From positions 4,480,001-4,544,000 of the forward strand of contig OZ271854.1 of NCBI GenBank assembly GCA_965601925.1: a stretch of 64,000 bases of DNA, in the 5' to 3' direction. The translations under genes were made by a program, and so were the position numbers. Origin of the DNA: Alkalispirochaeta sp. (GTDB taxonomy: Bacteria; Spirochaetota; Spirochaetia; DSM-27196; Alkalispirochaetaceae). The notes under the pieces were generated by a model. That model did no database searches and was not told the DNA's origin. It saw nothing but the letters and a program-made list of their open reading frames with translations. Positions 1 through 8,802 of this stretch are shown piece after piece (position 1 is the first letter of the stretch; each line of letters starts with the position of its first letter).

Positions 1-487
1 TCTCACGGCGTTCATCATCGCCGCGCGCTCCGGACCGGCGATCTCCACCGAGCTCGGAAACATGGTGGTCAGCCACGAGATCGAAGCGTACATCGCCAAC
101 GGGATCAATCCGATCAGTTACTTGGTGGTGCCGCGCTTCCTCGGCGTCACGATCTCCCTGGTGCTGCTCAATATCTATTTCAATATCTTCGGACTCTTCG
201 GCTCGTTCTTCGTAACCGCGCTGATCACTCCTATCGACTTTCGCGATTACTTTTCCAACCTGCTCAACGCACTCACCGTCGTGGACGTCTCGATATCGAT
301 TCTCAAGAGCGCGGTATCGGGGGCCATCATCAGCACCGTCGCTACCTACTACGGCTTCAAAGTGGAACAGGCCTCGACCGAAGTGCCGGTCATGGCGATC
401 AAGAGCGTCGGTCAGGGATTCATCCTCATCATCGTCTCTAACGCGGCGCTTACGGCCGCATATTATCTATTAACGCTGTCGAGATAG
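1..487 (+). CDS. mlaE: MlaE-family ABC permease, 5'-truncated by the window edge
   Basis: The frame is open from position 2 (LTAFIIAARSGPAISTELGNM...EIEA...GINPISYLVVPR), which is the MlaE signature. mlaF and mlaD follow. Confidence 0.9.
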   Translation, partial: LTAFIIAARSGPAISTELGNMVVSHEIEAYIANGINPISYLVVPRFLGVTISLVLLNIYFNIFGLFGSFFVTALITPIDFRDYFSNLLNALTVVDVSISILKSAVSGAIISTVATYYGFKVEQASTEVPVMAIKSVGQGFILIIVSNAALTAAYYLLTLSR

Positions 488-491
488 TGCG

Positions 492-1289
492 ATGGAGATA
501 GAACTACAGGACATTACATTCAAAACCGACGAGGTCACGCTCATCGACAAGATCTCGTGCCGTATCTCCGGCGGATCGTCGGTACTGGTGATGGGACCGG
601 CGGGATCGGGCAAGACGCTTCTCATGAAAGTTATGGCCGGCATCATACCGCCGAGCTCGGGACACGTGTGCTTCGACGGGAAGTCGCTTTTCTCCATGTC
701 GGACCGCGGTATCGAGAAAAATCGCCTACGTCAAGGATTCGTATTTCAAGACGCCGCGCTCTGGCAGAATCTGTCGGTGTACAATAACTTGGCTCTCCCG
801 GTTCAGTATCACTATCCCCGCAGATCGGCGGCGGACGTTCGCTCGCGCATCGAGAAGCTGTGTCGCGCTATGGGATTCAAAGAGGACCTCAACCAACGGC
901 CGGCTCGCCTTTCGGCCGGTGAACGAAAAGTGGTCTCGATTATTCGCGCCCTCATGCTCGATCCGGAGACGATCTTCATGGACGAGCCGAGCGGGGGGTT
1001 GGATGCCGCCACGTCCGATCGACTGATCCAGCTTCTCAAAGACCTCAAGGGACAGGGCAAGACGCTGGTCATTGCGAGCCACGACAGCGAGATCGCATCA
1101 CTCTTCGCCGATTGGATTCTCGTCATCGACGACGGAACGCTTCTGGCGTTCGACGTCGTGGACAAACTCGTTCGCACAGACGACGAGCGGGTGCGCGAGA
1201 TTCTCGCCGATGTGTTCGACTTGAGCTCTACGTACGATAAGGACATTCTCGATATACTGGGTAGTAGTGACTATGATCCGTTTGCATGA
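492..1289 (+). CDS. mlaF: MlaF-type ABC ATP-binding protein
   Basis: Walker A GPAGSGKT, Q-loop FVFQDAAL, signature LSAGE, Walker B IFMDEP, H-loop ASHD. Confidence 0.85.
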   Translation: MEIELQDITFKTDEVTLIDKISCRISGGSSVLVMGPAGSGKTLLMKVMAGIIPPSSGHVCFDGKSLFSMSDRGIEKNRLRQGFVFQDAALWQNLSVYNNLALPVQYHYPRRSAADVRSRIEKLCRAMGFKEDLNQRPARLSAGERKVVSIIRALMLDPETIFMDEPSGGLDAATSDRLIQLLKDLKGQGKTLVIASHDSEIASLFADWILVIDDGTLLAFDVVDKLVRTDDERVREILADVFDLSSTYDKDILDILGSSDYDPFA

Positions 1290-1316
1290 CCCGTTCATGG
1301 CAGGAGGACCGCGCCG

Positions 1317-2342
1317 GTGAAGTTCAAAATCCGTTTCGCACAACAAATCGTCGGGATATTCGTGCTCGTCGCGGCGGTTTCCATCATCGGTGTCGTGGTA
1401 TCCATGGCCGCCAATCAGCGATGGTTTGCGAGGGACTACGCGTTTTACAGCGTCTTTCCCACCGCCGAGGGACTCAGCGTGGGAATGTCGATCTCTTTCA
1501 AGGGATTCGAGATCGGGCGGATCGCGGAAATCACGTTAGCCGACCGCGACGAGGTCCGCATCGACTTTCTTATCCAGGACACGTACTACGATAAGGTGGT
1601 ACCCAACAGCATTCTCGAGCTTGTCCAGAGCCCGATCGGTCTCGGCGGCGGGTTGGTCTTTCACCAGGGCCGATCGAATGATCCGCCGCTCCCGGAGGGA
1701 AGTCTCATTCCGGCCATCAACAGCAAGGAGGGGCAGGCGATCGTCGAGGCCGAGGAGGTCTTTCTCACGGGCAGCGGCGACTCGATCACGCGGATCATCA
1801 GTCAAGTCGAGCCGCTTTTGCGCAACGTAAACACTTTGCTCATCTCCGTCGAGCAGGCCCTCTCCGGCGACCAGAACGAGCCGCTGGGCGTAACCATAGC
1901 GCGCGTCAATACGTTGCTTGCCGAAGTGGAGACGACTCTGGTCGAAACGCGTACCACGATCCTCCGCGACGTCGCCGGAATCACCGCGAACTTGGAGGAG
2001 ACCTCGGAGGCGTTCCGCGATCCGACCGGTATCGTACCGCGTCTCATCGACGCGGACGGTTCGATTGCCACCTTTCTGGACGACAACAATCGCCTGTACG
2101 ACGAAATCGAACAGATGCTCGTCACCATCAACGCTACGCTGGACGAGGTGAACGACTTTGCCGGCTTCATAAACGGGACGCAGCCGCAGATCGCCGGACT
2201 CGTGGAAGAGGGACGCGAGGCGATCACGACCGGTCAGGATGTGCTCGAAGGGCTGAGCAACAATCCCTTGATACGGGGCGGCATCACCCGCGAGCTGCCG
2301 CAACAGACGACGTTTGAGAGTTATCGCGATGGTCAGTTCTAA
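1317..2342 (+). CDS. mlaD: MlaD/MCE-domain protein with helical C-terminus
   Basis: N-terminal TM helix, MCE motif AEGLSVGMSISFKGFEIGRI and a long helical tail; lies in the mla operon. Confidence 0.85.
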   Translation: MKFKIRFAQQIVGIFVLVAAVSIIGVVVSMAANQRWFARDYAFYSVFPTAEGLSVGMSISFKGFEIGRIAEITLADRDEVRIDFLIQDTYYDKVVPNSILELVQSPIGLGGGLVFHQGRSNDPPLPEGSLIPAINSKEGQAIVEAEEVFLTGSGDSITRIISQVEPLLRNVNTLLISVEQALSGDQNEPLGVTIARVNTLLAEVETTLVETRTTILRDVAGITANLEETSEAFRDPTGIVPRLIDADGSIATFLDDNNRLYDEIEQMLVTINATLDEVNDFAGFINGTQPQIAGLVEEGREAITTGQDVLEGLSNNPLIRGGITRELPQQTTFESYRDGQF

Positions 2343-3282
2343 GGGAGCCGCGCCGCGCCGTCGGTTTTGGACGCTGCTCGTCGTGACGGCCGCGATATAC
2401 GCCTCGTGTTCATCGGCGCCCGATCCGCCGGAAGCCGTGGTAACGATTCGTAATCAAGCGGCGCGAAGCGCGGAGTTCGGAAATCGCTACTTCGCCCAAG
2501 GCGACTTTGAGCTCGCACTCCAGTTTTTTGAATCCGCCCTCGAGGGAAATACCTCCGTCGATAACCTGTCGGGCATCGCAAAGTCGTATAACTCTATCGG
2601 CCGCGTATATGCCGCGGTCGACGAGTTTGACGAGGCGGCGGAGCATTATCGCCTGGCCTTGGAGTTTGCGACGCTCGCCGACGACCGCGAGCAAACGATG
2701 CAGACTCACATCAATCGCGGCGAGCTCGCGCTGCATATGGGGGACGAGGAGCGTGCGCTCTCGGCGTTCGAAGAGGCTCGTACCGTAAGCGAGAGCGACG
2801 AGGCGTTGGTAAGTTCAGTCCTCTATCACAACCTGGGAACACTGTACGCGCGACAACGCGACTTTGCACAAGCCGCAACCAATATCGAGCGAGCACGCCA
2901 GCTCAACGAGGAGGCGCAAAACTGGTCGGAGCTGGCGAGCAATCATTTCATGTTGGCGTCGATCGCCTCGCGACAAGGACAGTTCGAGACGGCCCTCGCC
3001 GAAGCCGAGCGGGCGTTGGAGTACGATAGGCGAGCGGAAAACAGCCCCGGCATCGCCGCCGACTTGGACGCCTTGGGCCAAATCAGCGAGCGAATCGGCG
3101 ACGACGAGGCGGCTTATCAATATTATGTGCGCGCCCTGCGGGTCTTTTTGATCCTCAACCAACCCATGCCGGTGGCCGATGTTCTCGCGCGTCTGGAGGG
3201 AGTAGCACGGCGCACCGGCCGTGAGGACGAGGCCGAGCAATTCGCATCGCAGCGCACTCGTATCCTGGAGGCACTCGAATGA
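2329..3282 (+). CDS. TPR-repeat lipoprotein
   Basis: Signal peptide with lipobox-like IYASC and multiple TPRs (SYNSIGRVY, LYHNLGTLY). ATG 2329 preferred to TTG 2314. Confidence 0.75.
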   Translation: MVSSKGAAPRRRFWTLLVVTAAIYASCSSAPDPPEAVVTIRNQAARSAEFGNRYFAQGDFELALQFFESALEGNTSVDNLSGIAKSYNSIGRVYAAVDEFDEAAEHYRLALEFATLADDREQTMQTHINRGELALHMGDEERALSAFEEARTVSESDEALVSSVLYHNLGTLYARQRDFAQAATNIERARQLNEEAQNWSELASNHFMLASIASRQGQFETALAEAERALEYDRRAENSPGIAADLDALGQISERIGDDEAAYQYYVRALRVFLILNQPMPVADVLARLEGVARRTGREDEAEQFASQRTRILEALE

Positions 3283-3650
3283 ACACGTTTCTCCGCCGCA
3301 CCGCGCGCGGATATCTCACCATCTTCAAGGGTATCGTAGCGCTTACAGCGGCGATGGCGATACTCGCGGCGGTGAGCATCGCCGTCACACTGCCGTTGTG
3401 GTTCCTCGCTACGACGACACCGACGCTTTTCACGTGGCTCACCGTAGCGGCGGGGGCCGTGTTCGCGGCGGCGTGGCTGTACCGTAGAGCGGCCCGACGC
3501 GGCCGGCGTTCGACATCGAGGGCTCCGGCCGTCGCATGGGGTGTCTGCGGTGTCGTGATTATCGTCGGTCTGGTGGTCGGCTCGCCGGTCGCCGTTATCG
3601 CGGGCCTCGTCACGGGCTCACTCGTCCTTGCGCGTCGCCTCGCAACGTAA
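3279..3650 (+). CDS. small integral membrane protein, hypothetical
   Basis: ATGA overlap with the upstream gene; 3-4 hydrophobic segments. Confidence 0.6.
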   Translation: MNTFLRRTARGYLTIFKGIVALTAAMAILAAVSIAVTLPLWFLATTTPTLFTWLTVAAGAVFAAAWLYRRAARRGRRSTSRAPAVAWGVCGVVIIVGLVVGSPVAVIAGLVTGSLVLARRLAT

Positions 3651-4563
3651 GCCGAAGCGGACGTTCGTGAGGGGCGCTTCGACATTATGCGCGATGATCC
3701 TCCTCTTTGCCTCGCTGCGCCCCGCCGGTGCTCAAGTGGCGTTATCGCGGCTTGAACGTTCCGACCCGGTATACGTACAGCACCAGCGGCTCGTCGCCGA
3801 GTACCACCGGCATACCGCTCAGGGATTGTCTCTGCCTCCCTTGGTACTCTTTCAGTATCGCCCCGGGGACGACGAGGATCTCTTCGGCATCGCAGCGCGT
3901 CTGATGATCCCCTACGATACGCTGGCGAGTCTCAACCGTTTGGAGTACCCGAGCATATCGGACGCGCCGCTGTTGGTGCCGAGCCAGCCCGGACTCTTCG
4001 CGTACGACGATCCGTCGACGCAACTTGAACGCCTCCTCCGCGAGCGGATTACGGGGAACGCCGCGACACAGTCGTTGACGATTCCTTTCGGCGGACGCGC
4101 AACGCCGGTGCGATATCTGGCGGGGTACGATTTTCTTCCCGCCGAGCGCGACATCTTTCTTCGGATGCGGTTTGCCAACCCCCTTCCCGGCGCCGCACTT
4201 TCCTCTCAATACGGATATCGCAACCATCCGGTAACGGGGGTGTGGTCCTTTCATCACGGCATCGATCTCGCCGCGAACTACGGTACGGCGGTTCGCACGG
4301 CGGCGGCGGGATTGGTTACCGCGATTGAGCGCGATCCGTGGCTCGGGCTGTCGGTCACGGTAGCCCACCGGGAGCACTACGAGACGATGTATGCGCACCT
4401 CCAGGAAGTTGTTGTGGAAATCGGACAGAATGTGACGAATGATGGTATTATCGGCTACGTAGGGAGTTCGGGACTTTCTACGGGACCTCACCTCCATTTT
4501 GAGATACGATATCGTGGGGAGAGTCGTAACCCGGGGCATTACATAATGTGGGAGTCGAATTGA
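3628..4563 (+). CDS. LysM + M23 peptidoglycan endopeptidase (start uncertain)
   Basis: LysM-like DDLFGIAARLMIPYDTLASLN; M23 motifs HHGIDL, YAHL and STGPHLHFE. Confidence 0.85.
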   Translation: MRVASQRKPKRTFVRGASTLCAMILLFASLRPAGAQVALSRLERSDPVYVQHQRLVAEYHRHTAQGLSLPPLVLFQYRPGDDEDLFGIAARLMIPYDTLASLNRLEYPSISDAPLLVPSQPGLFAYDDPSTQLERLLRERITGNAATQSLTIPFGGRATPVRYLAGYDFLPAERDIFLRMRFANPLPGAALSSQYGYRNHPVTGVWSFHHGIDLAANYGTAVRTAAAGLVTAIERDPWLGLSVTVAHREHYETMYAHLQEVVVEIGQNVTNDGIIGYVGSSGLSTGPHLHFEIRYRGESRNPGHYIMWESN

Positions 4564-5537
4564 AAACGTTACGGTGCATCCGGATAGTCGCTGCTTTTCT
4601 CTTACTCCATCAAACCGTTCTGTACGCTCAAAACTTCAGAGGCGACCTCATCGCGTATGATCACATAAGCCCCGACGGTCCGGTTACCCATGAGATCGGC
4701 GCCGGCCAAGTCGTCCTGTTCGGGTTTGAGCGCGACATTCGCTTTCTGGACGGTATCGAAATCACGATCACCCCGCAGCGCACCGTCGCACCTATCGGGG
4801 CCTTTTCCTTCACGGTATACGGCAGTGTCGACCGTCCCGATACCGACGGGATCGCGAACTTGGCGGGCCGCACCCTCGCCACTACGGTCCTCGCGGGCTC
4901 GGATACACAGACGATCGCAGTCCCTCTCAGCTCATCGCACGAAATCAGAGAGGAGCGCGGGCGCGTACTCGCGGCCGTAGCCGATCCGCGAACCGGCGCG
5001 GTCGCCGTTCATCTCGCTCCGGCGATGAAAGGTATGACCGTCGGTGCGGTCGAACAGGTATACGATGTCGAAGTAACCCCGATCCTCCGTCCCGTGGGGG
5101 CGATCGTCGTCGAGCTTGTCGGCGATGCGGAGCTGGTGGACCGCGCCCGGGGACTTTTAGATCTCACCCTCGACGGAGAGTCAATTGTCGAGGGTGAAGT
5201 TGTCGAACGTCCTCCGGGTATTTATCGTCTCGACGCGACGGCCGGCGAGATCGTGCGCCACGCCGTGAACGTGGGGATAGAGGTGGGGCGGATTCAGCGC
5301 ATCGCCGTGGAGGCTGCCGAACCGCGTGCATCGGTCCGCTTTGTCGTACCGTCGGTTGCGGAAGTATACTGGAATGGGGCCCTGCTAGCGGAACACCGAG
5401 ACATGTCGGTGAGCCCCGGCGTATACGCGTTGCTGGTCCGTCTCGGGGATTTCAGTGTGAGCCGTCAGGTGACGGTGGAGGCTAATCGGGAGTACGAGAT
5501 AGAGGTTGGCCTTGATATTTTGGTAAAAGAGGACTAA
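4548..5537 (+). CDS. exported hypothetical protein with PEGA-like C-terminal beta repeats
   Basis: Signal peptide ending LYAQ; C-terminal PSVAEVYWNG...VSPGVY resembles PEGA. Confidence 0.6.
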   Translation: MGVELKTLRCIRIVAAFLLLHQTVLYAQNFRGDLIAYDHISPDGPVTHEIGAGQVVLFGFERDIRFLDGIEITITPQRTVAPIGAFSFTVYGSVDRPDTDGIANLAGRTLATTVLAGSDTQTIAVPLSSSHEIREERGRVLAAVADPRTGAVAVHLAPAMKGMTVGAVEQVYDVEVTPILRPVGAIVVELVGDAELVDRARGLLDLTLDGESIVEGEVVERPPGIYRLDATAGEIVRHAVNVGIEVGRIQRIAVEAAEPRASVRFVVPSVAEVYWNGALLAEHRDMSVSPGVYALLVRLGDFSVSRQVTVEANREYEIEVGLDILVKED

Positions 5538-5561
5538 ACCTTACGAGGTACGAGACGATAA
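5535..5561 (+). promoter_or_regulatory. putative sigma28 (FliA) promoter TAAA-N15-GACGATAA
   Basis: TAAA 5535-5538, 15-nt spacer, GACGATAA 5554-5561. One mismatch to the TAAA-N15-GCCGATAA consensus. Confidence 0.55.
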
Positions 5562-5565
5562 TCAG

Positions 5566-5655
5566 AGTATCGGTGGCGGAAATAGTTCCCCTCCCAGTTC
5601 ACTATTCCTGTGCCGATGCTTTTTGGCCGGTTCTGCCGAACCGGCCTTTTTTTTT
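5566..5655 (+). ncRNA. candidate small RNA with a C-rich anti-SD loop hairpin and an intrinsic terminator
   Basis: Stem 5566-5586/5601-5620 containing G-U pairs, loop UCCCCUCCCAGUUC, then a terminator. No ORF or RBS on this strand. Confidence 0.5.
5625..5655 (+). terminator. intrinsic terminator
   Basis: GGCCGGTTC-TGCC-GAACCGGCC followed by T9. Confidence 0.9.
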
Positions 5656-5708
5656 GCTGTGTCTACTCCATCGACTGAGTACGCGTACGGTTTCGTCGAT
5701 GCCGCCCG

Positions 5709-5738
5709 TTGACAAAGACGGGAATCCGTCCATAGAGT
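5709..5738 (+). promoter_or_regulatory. sigma70-type promoter of the PBP1A gene (leaderless geometry)
   Basis: TTGACA-N18-TAGAGT, 7 nt before ATG 5746; no SD. Confidence 0.65.
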
Positions 5739-5745
5739 TGATCTC

Positions 5746-8331
5746 ATGACTCCGAAGTGGAGAGCTATTCTCTGGATTCTTTTTTCGTCGTTGGCCGTCG
5801 CCATATTGGGCGTCGGAATCGCGACTGGTCTTGCAATTGCGTCGGTTCAGAACATTGACAACATAGAAAACATCGGTGATCAAGGTTCGGCGTTGCCGTC
5901 GCAGATCCTCGATCGCAATGGTCGCCTCATTACCGAGTTCTTTTCCGACGAGAATCGCGAGTTGGTATCGATAGATGAACTTCCGCGCCACCTGATATAC
6001 GCCGTGATCACGAGAGAAGATCAAACGTTTTTTCAGCATCGCGGATTCAGTTTTCGAGGAACCGCCCGGGCGGCGTGGAACGTATTGATCAGCCGATACT
6101 TCTCCGGCGGGTCCACGATCACGCAGCAGCTCGCGGGTCACCTGTACGCCGATCGCACCGATATCTCGGTCAGGCGAAAGCTCGTCGAGTTATGGTGGGC
6201 GTTGCAAATCGAGCGCCATCTCACGAAATACGAGATTCTCGAACAATATCTCAACCGTATGTGGTTCGGTCACGGCACCTACGGCGTCGAGGCGGCGAGT
6301 CAGTTCTTCTTCGGCCATTCGGCGACGGAACTGACGATTGCCGAGTCGGCGATGCTCGTCATACAGCTGGCAAATCCTTCATTGTACTCCCCCATTAGAC
6401 GGCCCAACGAGGCGCGCAACGTTCAGCGGACAATTCTCGATCAAATGGTGGCGCTCGGGTATGTCACCCAGGAGGAGGCCGACGTAAGCTTTGATCGATA
6501 CTGGAGTAACTACGATTTCACCCGCGCCAACACCTCGACCGCATTCTTCGAGCGGGAGGATCGTGCACCGTATTTCTCCGAATACGTCCGCTTTCGCCTG
6601 GAGAATCAGTACCTCCTGGGAAGCCTCGATATCAACCGTGACGGGTTTGTCGTCCATACGACGTTGGATCTCGACTACCAAGATGAGGCCGATCGTTACG
6701 TTCGCTCGGGGATTGCGAGGGCAAACAGTATCTATCGTCAGAACATGTCGACTCGCGTCGTCTACGGCGACGACCTCGCTCCGGTGATCGACCTCGTTTC
6801 GCTGGCATTCAACATACCCGACCTGCGGGTCGGCGACGCCAAGCAACGGCAGCGCGCGATAGAGGAATACCAGCGCATCTTGAATCCCACGATGGACATC
6901 GTCTCGCTCATGTTCACTCCCGATAATCAGCTCGATCTTCGCCACGCGATACGCATGTCCTATGCCCGGTCGACCGAAGAGTCGTTGCGAACCACCGTGG
7001 AGGGAGCGCTCATTACCCTCGAGAACGACACCGGACACGTACTTGCCATGGTCGGCGGCCGGGAGTTCGAGGCGCGCAATCAGTTCAACCGCGCCGTCGA
7101 TGCGGCGGTCGAACCGGGATCGGCATTCAAACCGCTGTACTACATCGCGGCGATCGAGGACGGCGTAGTAACTCCGGCCACGATGATTTACGACTCGCCG
7201 GTCGTCTTTTGGAACAACGACGGAACGCCGTACATGCCCGAGAACTACCGTGGTGAGTGGGAGGGGCCGGTATTGACCCGCTATGCCCTGGCGCGATCGA
7301 TGAACGTACCCTCCTTGAGGATTCTCGACCGCGTCGGATTCGATAGTGCGTTGGATATTTCGGCATCGCTTCTCAACATTCCCGAAGAGGATCGGCTCCA
7401 AAGAAATTTCGTACGCCGATATCCGGTCGGACTGGGCATCGTACAGGTTTCTCCCCTGGAGATGGCACAGGCGTACGCTACCATAGCCAACCGAGGTCGG
7501 CGCGTCACGCCGATCGCCATCCGCTACATCGAAGACCGTACCGGACGGGTCATTTTGGAGCCGGAGGCCGAGCTCCGCCGCCAGGAGCTGCGCACCGGCG
7601 GCCCTACCCAGGTCGTAAGTCCGCAGGCGGCGTACGTGCTCACCGACATCCTGCAAACTACCGTGGAGAGCGGGACGCTGCGATACGCCCGGAACGTAGC
7701 CGGCGGGTTCGATCAGCCGACGGCGGGAAAAACCGGTACGACGCAGAACTGGGCCGACGCGTGGACGCTCGGATTCACGCCCTACTACACCACCGCCGTC
7801 TGGTTCGGATTCGATCGCGGCGGATCGAATAGTTTGGGAGTCAACCAGACCGGAGCGATAACGGCGGGACCGGTTTGGGCGCAATACATGAAGGCCATTC
7901 ACGACGGCCTTCCCGTACGCGAATTCGTGCGCCCCGACGGCGTGGTCGAGGCGGTCGTATCGGTACGCTCGGGTCTCCTTCCGCCGGCCGATTATACCGG
8001 CGCGACGATTCGCGAGGTATTCGTCGCCGGAACGCAGCCGACCGAATTCGATCATCTCGAACAGTTCGAGCGCGAACAAGCGCCCATTCTCGTCGACCGC
8101 CTCCGAGACAACCTACAGAATGCCAGTTTTTCCCTCGATGTATCCGCTCCGAGCATCGAGAATCAACTTGACTTGAGTCTCGAGCTCGGAATACTCGATG
8201 GAGAAGAAGGGCGCGGCCTCTCCGGAGGAACGCGTAGCTCCGCTCGTTCCTTCCCCAACGGCGGTGGCGGCACGGGAGGCATCGGCGGCGAACCCGATAG
8301 TGATTTTGGTGCAAACCCGCTTCTCGATTGA
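5746..8331 (+). CDS. mrcA: class A penicillin-binding protein 1A
   Basis: Transglycosylase EDQTFFQHRG and GGSTITQQL; transpeptidase SAFK, SMN and KTGT. Confidence 0.92.
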   Translation: MTPKWRAILWILFSSLAVAILGVGIATGLAIASVQNIDNIENIGDQGSALPSQILDRNGRLITEFFSDENRELVSIDELPRHLIYAVITREDQTFFQHRGFSFRGTARAAWNVLISRYFSGGSTITQQLAGHLYADRTDISVRRKLVELWWALQIERHLTKYEILEQYLNRMWFGHGTYGVEAASQFFFGHSATELTIAESAMLVIQLANPSLYSPIRRPNEARNVQRTILDQMVALGYVTQEEADVSFDRYWSNYDFTRANTSTAFFEREDRAPYFSEYVRFRLENQYLLGSLDINRDGFVVHTTLDLDYQDEADRYVRSGIARANSIYRQNMSTRVVYGDDLAPVIDLVSLAFNIPDLRVGDAKQRQRAIEEYQRILNPTMDIVSLMFTPDNQLDLRHAIRMSYARSTEESLRTTVEGALITLENDTGHVLAMVGGREFEARNQFNRAVDAAVEPGSAFKPLYYIAAIEDGVVTPATMIYDSPVVFWNNDGTPYMPENYRGEWEGPVLTRYALARSMNVPSLRILDRVGFDSALDISASLLNIPEEDRLQRNFVRRYPVGLGIVQVSPLEMAQAYATIANRGRRVTPIAIRYIEDRTGRVILEPEAELRRQELRTGGPTQVVSPQAAYVLTDILQTTVESGTLRYARNVAGGFDQPTAGKTGTTQNWADAWTLGFTPYYTTAVWFGFDRGGSNSLGVNQTGAITAGPVWAQYMKAIHDGLPVREFVRPDGVVEAVVSVRSGLLPPADYTGATIREVFVAGTQPTEFDHLEQFEREQAPILVDRLRDNLQNASFSLDVSAPSIENQLDLSLELGILDGEEGRGLSGGTRSSARSFPNGGGGTGGIGGEPDSDFGANPLLD

Positions 8332-8346
8332 GGTCTGTGGAAACGC

Positions 8347-8778
8347 ATGAGTCGACTCGAGACGATCGACATTGAAAGGATCCGCGTTCACCACCGCGTG
8401 AGACGCGATCTCGGGGATCTCGGTAGTCTCAAGGAGAGTATGCGGCGCCACGGCCTGTTTAACCCTCTCGTCGTAACGCACGATTACGTATTGGTCGCCG
8501 GACGCCGGCGCCTCGAGTCGGCGCGCGAGCTGGGTTGGCGCGCGGTTCAGTGCCGCGTCGTCGATCAGGATGATCGCACAACGCTTCTTGAAATCGAGAT
8601 AGAGGAGAACACCGCACGTCGCGATTTCACAAGTGATGAACTGGCGGACGCCTTAGTACGACTCGACCGCTTGCGGAGTCCTTCGTGGTGGCGTCGCGCC
8701 TGGCGATCGATCCTGCGATTCTTTCGAGCCGTCGGCCGTCGCCTTGGAATCGGTCGTCGGCGCGACGCCTCTCAGTGA
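8347..8778 (+). CDS. ParB/Srx N-terminal (CTPase) domain protein without HTH, with C-terminal amphipathic helix
   Basis: LKESMRRHGLFNPLVV, VAGRRRLES, EENTARRDF; tail SWWRRAWRSILRFFRAVGRRL. Confidence 0.8.
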   Translation: MSRLETIDIERIRVHHRVRRDLGDLGSLKESMRRHGLFNPLVVTHDYVLVAGRRRLESARELGWRAVQCRVVDQDDRTTLLEIEIEENTARRDFTSDELADALVRLDRLRSPSWWRRAWRSILRFFRAVGRRLGIGRRRDASQ

Positions 8779-8802
8779 ACGGCCGCTCCCGCAGAGAGCG
8801 AA

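Noticed and set aside
5562..5804. Minus-strand ORFs across the candidate sRNA region
   Set aside because: They overlap PBP1A antisense and have no motifs. The G-U pairs and U-tract point to a plus-strand RNA.
6379..8079. 566-aa antisense ORF over PBP1A, and similar ones at 44891-46060, 26851-27837 and 51674-52597
   Set aside because: Shadow ORFs caused by GC-rich codon bias opposite clear genes; no protein motifs.
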